From a virus (taxonomy: Duplodnaviria; Caudoviricetes): a stretch of DNA of 64,000 nt. The notes under the pieces were generated by a model that was given only the letters and a program-made list of their open reading frames with translations, was not told the origin of the DNA and searched no databases. The DNA lies in the IMG/VR virus record IMGVR_UViG_3300033066_001102, positions 1 to 64,000 of that record. One strand, 5' to 3'. This document shows, piece after piece, positions 57,066 through 64,000 of the stretch (positions are counted from its first letter, which is position 1; every line of letters starts with the position of its first letter). A program made the translations under genes and the position numbers.

Positions 57066-58262
57066 TTAAAACAAAATTAGATTTTCTGCTAATTCAAGTT
57101 GTGTTATGGCAATGTGCCAGATCTCATAATCATTAATTCCGGCAGTGATTCGCCATTTATACGATTCTAAATTGAACATTGCGCTCATCGGAAATACATT
57201 AAAATTATGATTCCCTCCATGTGGAATATCCGGATCAATATATGGTCCAGACATTAACGGCTCTTTTGATAATGCAATGACCTTGAATGTTTCAGCATCA
57301 TATACATAACAACCCATGTGATACTGCCGGTGAATCTGACCTCGCAAGTGCTCAGGATATTGAATGCGTGAATGAAAGAAAGAATAATAACGACCACCAT
57401 AAAGAACAGGGCATGTCCCGCCTCCAATGTCATTGCCGAAGCCCCAACGCCACCAATCAGGAGCAGGATGATCGTGCCGGCAAACTTCCGTGAGTTTTGT
57501 GCCATTGACTTTATATACCACATGGGGAGCAACTGAATATACGGTGTACAGTTCATCATTCTTCTCGAAGAATGTCCAGTTTTTTTCCATCCTTCGACGG
57601 TTCGGCTTGTCAAGAAACCTTGCCATTGCAACAAGCCTGTCCTCCGGATAAACAATACACAACCCAATTGCACAACCATCAGCATAGGACAGATGCAGCC
57701 CTCCCTGATAAATGAATAACCTGGGATCTTCCGCAAAGGAATCGCAGTAAGGAAGGTCAAGCAGCCAATTCGTTCCCGGTATTGGTTGCCACGAATCCAT
57801 ATCAATCTCACACATCGCAATGCGGGTATTTACCGTCCACGGCATTGCATCTACACGGTAGGCCATATACAATCGATTACTATACCGGCACACGGATCCA
57901 TTGAACCAATTAGTGACTTTTATTTCCTGATCACCTACCATGTACGACTGAATCAGTTTAGAACTGTCAACCTTTATCGGCTTCCGGTCCCATCCATATT
58001 GATCGAGCAGGCTCTTGACGGAAACATATTTTGATGCATGTGACTTTGTCAGCCAGGTTTCTTCTTCCAACCGGCGCATGACGATCATGTAATCATCTTC
58101 ATTCTGTGCCAGTGCGACCGCACGTTTTATAATGTCCCGCGAATAGTGCATGAATGCACCATGTACATTTACTACCCTGCTGAGTTCAGGGGCAGTCTTG
58201 TAACTTTCCAGAATCCGGGAGATTTCATCCTGCAGCAACTTATGTTTTCTGTTGTCAGCCAT
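57066..58262 (-). CDS. GH130/GH32-like five-bladed beta-propeller with a ~95-aa N-terminal extension
   Basis: FNGSV...YMAYR, AEDPRLF, EKNWTFF, GGT.PV, FFHS...YH.G.Y, EPL motifs. Confidence 0.7.
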   Translation of the reverse strand: MADNRKHKLLQDEISRILESYKTAPELSRVVNVHGAFMHYSRDIIKRAVALAQNEDDYMIVMRRLEEETWLTKSHASKYVSVKSLLDQYGWDRKPIKVDSSKLIQSYMVGDQEIKVTNWFNGSVCRYSNRLYMAYRVDAMPWTVNTRIAMCEIDMDSWQPIPGTNWLLDLPYCDSFAEDPRLFIYQGGLHLSYADGCAIGLCIVYPEDRLVAMARFLDKPNRRRMEKNWTFFEKNDELYTVYSVAPHVVYKVNGTKLTEVCRHDHPAPDWWRWGFGNDIGGGTCPVLYGGRYYSFFHSRIQYPEHLRGQIHRQYHMGCYVYDAETFKVIALSKEPLMSGPYIDPDIPHGGNHNFNVFPMSAMFNLESYKWRITAGINDYEIWHIAITQLELAENLILF

Positions 58263-58263
58263 G

Positions 58264-59502
58264 TTACCATTTTAAAGCAGCATCCGAAGTATCATTCCAT
58301 TTCACCTGATCAGCAATCCTGGGAAGGACGGTCAGCACTTTCATGTAAGGCAGCGACCTTTGCATGAGCGCACAGTCAATGGCTGCGTAAACATCACGTT
58401 GTGACATAATCAAATATTTTACGGCCTTTCGCGTGAGTAAATATGCATGTGTGCAAAGAGGATATTTAACATCCCACAAATCACCTTTCAGTCTTGTTTT
58501 TGGCTTTCCGAGGCAATGACAACTTCCTACATACATGATATCCCAATCCGGCATTACGTCATCCGCATCATTAAGCGCCTCAATTATTCTGGCATACCAA
58601 TCTTCTACCAGTATCACGTCACCTTCCACAATCAGAAATAAATCATGCGGCAACGCAGCCGCAACGGTCCACGCCATGTAGTGTGACATCACATTGCCAA
58701 CGTCCTTGGCCCCAATATGGTAGTCCGTGCCAGGATTATCATATTCATAGGTGTGTTCAGTTTTTAACCCGAACACTTCTGCATTGATACCATTCATGTA
58801 ATGCACATTGCTTACGCCCCGCTCGTTCAAGTGTTGTTCCAGTCGGGCACGTTCTTCGGGACGCTCAGATAGGGTAATAGCAATTGTTTTGATCTGCCCT
58901 GCATGTCCCTTTGTGATACTTGCTTTATTTTTTTGTCTGGTTATTTTTATCAGCGCATTGTCATACACGCGCTCACTTGACATATCAAATAATTCAACAT
59001 TAAAATCTCCAAGCGGGAAAATATTCAGATGGCCTTTCCAATGTGCAGGAGCAACGTCTTCGATGATGTACAGACCTTCAGGAGCAACCATGCGAGCCAG
59101 ATTATTGAGCAATTGCAATTGATCTTTTTTCTCGTGCGATGCATCATCAATGATCAAATCAAATTCAACATTCTTTATCTGATTCAGCCATTCAACTTTA
59201 TATGCATCGGTAGGAATGAGCATGATTCGGCCATGATCAAGTACCGCATCAATGAAACGATCAGTTCGATTATCAACACCAGTTACAATAGCATCCGGAA
59301 AATATTCAGCGAGTGATAGCAAGCACCCACCGCCGTATTCATTGCAACCAACTTCAATGATGTACTTTACCTTTCGTGTAGCTTTCAATTCTGCAAACCA
59401 CAGATCATACAAATAACCGTATGTGTGATGATCCAGACGATCAGACTTTACTCCAAACTGTTGTTCAATTCTGCGAACCACGTCGCTGTACATTTCTTCC
59501 AT
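58264..59502 (-). CDS. Class I SAM O-methyltransferase fused to a GT25-like glycosyltransferase
   Basis: N-half HTY..LY, IEVG, DLIIDDASH, G.YIIED; C-half ITLSERPEER, G...SH..AW, LIVEGD, WDIMYVG, CTHAYL, AID. Confidence 0.8.
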   Translation of the reverse strand: MEEMYSDVVRRIEQQFGVKSDRLDHHTYGYLYDLWFAELKATRKVKYIIEVGCNEYGGGCLLSLAEYFPDAIVTGVDNRTDRFIDAVLDHGRIMLIPTDAYKVEWLNQIKNVEFDLIIDDASHEKKDQLQLLNNLARMVAPEGLYIIEDVAPAHWKGHLNIFPLGDFNVELFDMSSERVYDNALIKITRQKNKASITKGHAGQIKTIAITLSERPEERARLEQHLNERGVSNVHYMNGINAEVFGLKTEHTYEYDNPGTDYHIGAKDVGNVMSHYMAWTVAAALPHDLFLIVEGDVILVEDWYARIIEALNDADDVMPDWDIMYVGSCHCLGKPKTRLKGDLWDVKYPLCTHAYLLTRKAVKYLIMSQRDVYAAIDCALMQRSLPYMKVLTVLPRIADQVKWNDTSDAALKW

Positions 59503-59528
59503 GCTATTTATTTTATGATGTTAATTAA

Positions 59529-61736
59529 TCATGCTCCTTGCGGTTGCGCTGCAGGTTGACTGAATGCCGCCATTTCCTGCTTATCGGCCAGTTCCATTTC
59601 CTGTAAATGCTGATTGTTTTGCAAAATACGATCTTCCACCGATTCATTCAACTTCGCTTCTTTATTGATAAGTGCAACATTTTCAGATCCCGCTTTTTGT
59701 GTCTTCGCTACTTCGAGCGGAACCGTTCTCTTAATGAACAACTCTTCCTCTTTTAGCCGGTTTGCATGTGCGGCAATCTGATTACCTTGCTCCATAACGG
59801 CAATTTTAGACTGCTCGATTTTATTCTGAGTCTGCCTGATAATATTAACCGCATGCTCTAATATCACTTCCGCTTCAGCACCACTTTCTGCATTATAAGT
59901 TTTCACCAGTTCAAGAATCATGGTTGCATCCGTAGCAAGGGTTTTCTCCATCCATCCCATAATGTACTCTTTTTCCTGGTTAACCTTGGTTGATGATTGC
60001 AGGTATATACCAGCTTCACAAAGTTCAAAATCATTAGATACCTGAAATACGTGAGGCATTCCATCACCACCGATATAACTCTTTGTATCACCCGGTGACC
60101 ATAGATACCTAATCAGATCAGCACAACGCTGTAATCCGGTTTCGGTAAAAGTGCTCATAACATCAAAAACCGGCTTTGTCATGTACGAGCTTTGAATTAG
60201 ATTGCTTTGTACTGTACCTACCGGTGAGGTTGAGGCCGCCTGGCCACTTCGTGCGGAAGGAACACCTGTCATGCGTTCCGCTGTCTGCGTAAGCATAGTT
60301 GATAATGCAATAATGTATTGAATAGAAGCACTTGGTCCATAATCTACTTCACCGCCAGATACTGATCTGCCTGGTATGTCACCGGCGCGGATCTGCTCAA
60401 CAACAAAACCTAAAACCTTTGCTGAATAAGCAACATCCTCCAATTCCATGTTATCCGGTTTTCTTTCAGATGCATATCTTGTTGCCTTTCCACCTGATTG
60501 CGCAAGTAAAAAATCAAGTGTCATCATGCAGTTGCTATACAACTTCTGAACAGGATAAGCACGATTATAAAATGAATGTCGGCTTAACATGCCAAAATAA
60601 GAATATTGCAAATCCATATGATTACCCTGCATGGGAATCTGATTGCGACGGCGTAATGGCTTTAATACAATATCCTTAGAAATCTTTACCAATTCCCAAA
60701 TCTCATCAATCGTCTTATTGTTGTACACTTTATCATTATCTGGCTCATATGGCATAGCAAGAAATTGCTTCTCACTATGTGCCTTAACCTCAATGTCAAT
60801 AACACGATAGAATAATGTTCCATTAATATTTGTAACGCAATCTCCATATTTGCCATTCCAATCCTGGATAGTTTGCGTTCCATCTGCAAGAGAACGCTGA
60901 TCATCCAGTAGTTGTTTCCTTTGCTTGGTATTAAGACGATAGCCATACCTGTGCAATATTTCACTTAACGGCATCAACACATCTTTTCCCATAAATGGTG
61001 ATCTGCGATGAATAGTATCAAATATATAACTGCCTTCGCCACGTTGAAAAATGCAATTCTGTATAGGAATATGGCTGATAATCGGATCATCGTTGATGAT
61101 ATCAACCTTTCCCATTACATCGCCATTAATAAGAATATCATATAGGCATTTTGCTAACTCATCTTGAAATCCATACCGATAATACAGATAGTTCAATCCA
61201 TACTTAAGATTAATTTCCAGATAATCCCGGATACTTTTGTTCGGCATGGATTTAAACTGCTCAGGAATAACGTCCATCTTTTTATCAATCGGAAGTTTCA
61301 TCCCAATAATTGATTCCGCTTCGGCCCATATTGGCTCCAATACCTTTTCGGCAGCAATCCTTCCCATCAGATTCATCTTGCTCGAATAAGCATTTTTATT
61401 CACTCGAAGTACGCTGAATGGGACAGGTCTTGATGTATGTTCACCTACTAACCTTTGTATCAGCGGCTCAAGCAATGGATAACTGGCTGCCGTAAATGGC
61501 TTTGGCTTATCATCCCCATATGTATGTGTCAAATACTTCAGTTCACTAAGGTCAACATTGCCGAGAAAACGATCAAAGTTCTTTTGGTAGTTAAACCTTG
61601 TATCATTCCATCCTTTTGATGATGAATACTTGCTTACTGTATTAGTAATATCAACTGCCCATTTCTGGCGCTCTTCATCTGTTGTTGGTACTGTAAGATC
61701 TGCGATCATGACGCTTTGTTTTGAGTATTCATCCAT
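59529..61736 (-). CDS. Portal protein (crAss-like)
   Basis: YPLLEPLIQRLVGE..RP, CLYDILING, ERMTGVPSAR.G...VGTVQ; between terminase and capsid genes. Confidence 0.85.
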   Translation of the reverse strand: MDEYSKQSVMIADLTVPTTDEERQKWAVDITNTVSKYSSSKGWNDTRFNYQKNFDRFLGNVDLSELKYLTHTYGDDKPKPFTAASYPLLEPLIQRLVGEHTSRPVPFSVLRVNKNAYSSKMNLMGRIAAEKVLEPIWAEAESIIGMKLPIDKKMDVIPEQFKSMPNKSIRDYLEINLKYGLNYLYYRYGFQDELAKCLYDILINGDVMGKVDIINDDPIISHIPIQNCIFQRGEGSYIFDTIHRRSPFMGKDVLMPLSEILHRYGYRLNTKQRKQLLDDQRSLADGTQTIQDWNGKYGDCVTNINGTLFYRVIDIEVKAHSEKQFLAMPYEPDNDKVYNNKTIDEIWELVKISKDIVLKPLRRRNQIPMQGNHMDLQYSYFGMLSRHSFYNRAYPVQKLYSNCMMTLDFLLAQSGGKATRYASERKPDNMELEDVAYSAKVLGFVVEQIRAGDIPGRSVSGGEVDYGPSASIQYIIALSTMLTQTAERMTGVPSARSGQAASTSPVGTVQSNLIQSSYMTKPVFDVMSTFTETGLQRCADLIRYLWSPGDTKSYIGGDGMPHVFQVSNDFELCEAGIYLQSSTKVNQEKEYIMGWMEKTLATDATMILELVKTYNAESGAEAEVILEHAVNIIRQTQNKIEQSKIAVMEQGNQIAAHANRLKEEELFIKRTVPLEVAKTQKAGSENVALINKEAKLNESVEDRILQNNQHLQEMELADKQEMAAFSQPAAQPQGA

Positions 61737-63649
61737 GACATCTTCCGAAACAGCTTCCGTTCGCCTTGCGACCTGGTAGAGACTTGCATCGGTATTCCCA
61801 TATCATTAAAACTGTAATGAACTCCAAGAATAGACTCTTTTTTATCTTCTTCATCCCCTTCTTTTTTGATTGGTACGCCAGACATATCTTCTTCATAACA
61901 CAATGCAACACCTGCGGCGCTCCCCAGATCACTATTGGCTTTGCCAAACAAAGCTATGTTTTTTAAGAAACGTATGTCAAAACAATTTTCAATATGCGGA
62001 GATTGTGTCCATAACTTCAACCGTTCTGCAATAAGCTCTTTCTGGTCCTTGATGTTATAACCGTATGCATCTGCTTCTGATACAACCTTACCGTTTACTC
62101 TGGGGAAGATCTTAAGGTAATCACGTCCATTCACCTTCTTTGATTTCAAAAAATACTCTTTGAGCATTTTGTTATGAAACTCTACTGCAGCTCGAGATTG
62201 CGTGTAAACTGCAGCCTTCAATGCTTCATCATGAAAATCATCAAGTTTTGGCGGCCTTCCAAGGTAAGTAAGTATCGGAATACGACCTATCTCATTGTTG
62301 TTAATAAACCGGCGCCATACAACGATTCCACCTTCAGAGTCCGACTCAGGCGCCTCATCCTTAAAATAATCATCAACAGCTGTTATGTCCGCATCCGGAT
62401 AAAGATGATTGATAGGATCATATGTCTTTACCCACAAACCACCTGGTTGTTCTATAAAAAAAACACGGCCGGTAAACCGGTACTCCCTTCCTATTGATTC
62501 TCGTTCCCATGTCAATGAACCGGTTTTCGCTATTGCCTTCAACTGCGGATTTATAGCAATTCGCTCAATCTGATCATTAATCGCCTTAACATCCACCTTT
62601 GAATTCATCGTAAGCAGGAACAACTCGCCTTTATTGGTTGGATTATTCTGAACTTCTTTATAGTAAGAAGTCTTGTCGTCCATTTCCATCAACGGAGCAC
62701 GGACGGCCATTATCTTTTTTAATGCTCCTTCCTGATCGCTTATACCTGTTTCAATATCCCAATAGTCACCATACTGCATCTGTGCAGGTATCAATATCTG
62801 TTCAAAATTGAACGCTTCCGCAAAAGACCAGTAGTTTTCAAGATCCGTGTTTTTCGAATAGCTGATCTGGTCCACCGTACCAAGAAAAATGTGAAACCCA
62901 ATTATCACATCACCTTCCACAAAACAATCCTTTGTGTCACCCCAATAGGCTGACATGGTAACCTTCTTTCCAAATGTCCCGATTTCATCCGTTACCCCAA
63001 GACTGAAAGCGCCTCCTTTCCATATTGAAGGCTTCGGTATCTGAGAAGTGTAAAGAATAGACTCAGATCCAAGTGTGCGCTTGCCCCACGGTGAATCTAC
63101 TTCCATCCCCAATTTTCGGGCATCTACATTTTCAACGGTAAATGGTTGTGTCATTTGTGGATTGACAGTGCTCAATGCCGTGGCAAACTTCTCTTTGATT
63201 TTTGAAAGGGCCTCCAAATCAGGAGTGGCATAAAAACATTCGGCCTCTGTATTGAACAATAACTCGTGCTCAACAATAGACGTGATATCATCCGATGCAC
63301 CCTTGCGACGACCTTTTAATAGTATTGCGCCAATACGTTTGCTTTCTTTTCGAAGCTCATATATCTTTTGGTGCAATTCATGATCAAGATCTCGGTACAA
63401 CGCATAACTGATAATTTTCTTTTTTGAATATGGACCAGGATCGAATTCTTTATACCGCCGCCTTTTAATAGGCCTGTGATTCAAATGCCGGTAATAGCTT
63501 CCAGGGATCCATACGCCGTCAGGTGGCTTGTACCCTTCCTGGCATCGCCTGATTTCCTCTCTCCAATAGCTTTGATATTCCTTACTGTCCTCTCGCATCG
63601 GCGGCGGCGGATCAGCTATGACAGGGCTATATTTTAAGCATGGTTTCAT
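61706..63649 (-). CDS. terL: Terminase large subunit
   Basis: YWREEIRRC.EGY...G.YY..LN start, LKGRRKGAS Walker A, VTDEIG Walker B, TAVDDY...SDSEG nuclease region. Confidence 0.9.
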   Translation of the reverse strand: MKPCLKYSPVIADPPPPMREDSKEYQSYWREEIRRCQEGYKPPDGVWIPGSYYRHLNHRPIKRRRYKEFDPGPYSKKKIISYALYRDLDHELHQKIYELRKESKRIGAILLKGRRKGASDDITSIVEHELLFNTEAECFYATPDLEALSKIKEKFATALSTVNPQMTQPFTVENVDARKLGMEVDSPWGKRTLGSESILYTSQIPKPSIWKGGAFSLGVTDEIGTFGKKVTMSAYWGDTKDCFVEGDVIIGFHIFLGTVDQISYSKNTDLENYWSFAEAFNFEQILIPAQMQYGDYWDIETGISDQEGALKKIMAVRAPLMEMDDKTSYYKEVQNNPTNKGELFLLTMNSKVDVKAINDQIERIAINPQLKAIAKTGSLTWERESIGREYRFTGRVFFIEQPGGLWVKTYDPINHLYPDADITAVDDYFKDEAPESDSEGGIVVWRRFINNNEIGRIPILTYLGRPPKLDDFHDEALKAAVYTQSRAAVEFHNKMLKEYFLKSKKVNGRDYLKIFPRVNGKVVSEADAYGYNIKDQKELIAERLKLWTQSPHIENCFDIRFLKNIALFGKANSDLGSAAGVALCYEEDMSGVPIKKEGDEEDKKESILGVHYSFNDMGIPMQVSTRSQGERKLFRKMSWMNTQNKAS

Positions 63650-64000
63650 TCTGCCGCTGGTGCCGCGTTACGTTCTGCTACCTTTTGCTCTTCCATAACA
63701 ACCGTCAACATACTCGGTTTTCGGTTCTTTTTATACACGATATTATCAAAAACTCCATCCGATATACTCTGTTTCAGATTTTCAAGAGCCTCTCTACGAA
63801 GCTCATTCAGCGCTTTTAGCGATTTGCCAATGTCAGTTATGGTTTCAACGTCCTTACTTTCCTTCATCCTAATTGTTTGCAGATAAATCTGTTCGTCATA
63901 AACCTGCACCTGTATAAAATCAGAATCATAAAAGTGATCCCTTAATTTTTCAATGGCATCAAGTATCACCGGATCCTTTTCCCATGCAATATGCTTCTTC
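63646..64000 (-). CDS. Partial ORF upstream of terL (possible small terminase), open to the window edge
   Basis: The frame stays open beyond the called GTG (KKHIAWEKDPVILDAIEK...); ATGA overlap with terL. Confidence 0.55.
   Translation of the reverse strand, partial: KKHIAWEKDPVILDAIEKLRDHFYDSDFIQVQVYDEQIYLQTIRMKESKDVETITDIGKSLKALNELRREALENLKQSISDGVFDNIVYKKNRKPSMLTVVMEEQKVAERNAAPAAE

Larger units (their letters stand above)
1..64000. mobile_element. Partial dsDNA phage genome: Crassvirales-like virion module with a lambdoid-type replication arm; probable Bacteroidota host
   Basis: Dense gene packing in two convergent arms; terminase, portal, capsid, tail and holin genes; no bacterial housekeeping genes, integrase, tRNA or CRISPR seen. 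Confidence 0.93.

Noticed and set aside
1-64000. Alternative genetic code as in some crAss-like phages
   Set aside because: Very long ORFs are intact in the standard code, TAG, TGA and TAA all end genes, and no suppressor tRNA was seen
1-64000. Integrase, att site, tRNA or rRNA genes
   Set aside because: None recognisable by eye, so a temperate lifestyle cannot be asserted from this window

Overview
The whole window is a continuous part of a dsDNA bacteriophage genome read in the standard genetic code. The host is probably Bacteroidota: starts are A-rich (often ACTATG) without Shine-Dalgarno sites, TAnnTTTG promoter-like elements occur, and DnaB looks Bacteroidota-like. Two arms converge at about 14.4 kb. 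The left arm (+ strand, 146-14454) is a lambdoid-style early/replication arm with a SNF2 helicase, RecE-like exonuclease, SMC-like ATPase, DEDDh exonuclease, cold-shock protein, an uncalled RMF-like 56-aa ORF, an initiator with internal iterons, DnaB, a C5 cytosine methyltransferase and a DUF1064-type nuclease. The right arm (- strand, 14408-64000) is a virion module whose gene order and motifs resemble Crassvirales: terminase, portal, scaffold, major capsid, ring proteins, muzzle, cargo, tail spikes/fibres and holin. Highlights: (1) a 6152-aa polyvalent DarB-like protein (ParB-like, DUF2958-like, DnaJ J-domain, two zincin-like motifs, N6-MTase, SNF2 helicase) where crAss-like phages carry virion RNA polymerase; (2) a methyltransferase gene overprinted end to end by a second 385-aa ORF with WxTP repeats and a motif-IX-like tail; (3) an O-methyltransferase-GT25 fusion plus a GH130-like propeller inserted between portal and scaffold; (4) a tandem clan GH-A tail protein whose nucleophiles look substituted; (5) a cold-shock plus RMF-like gene pair. 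All domain calls come from reading motifs by eye; no searches were run.
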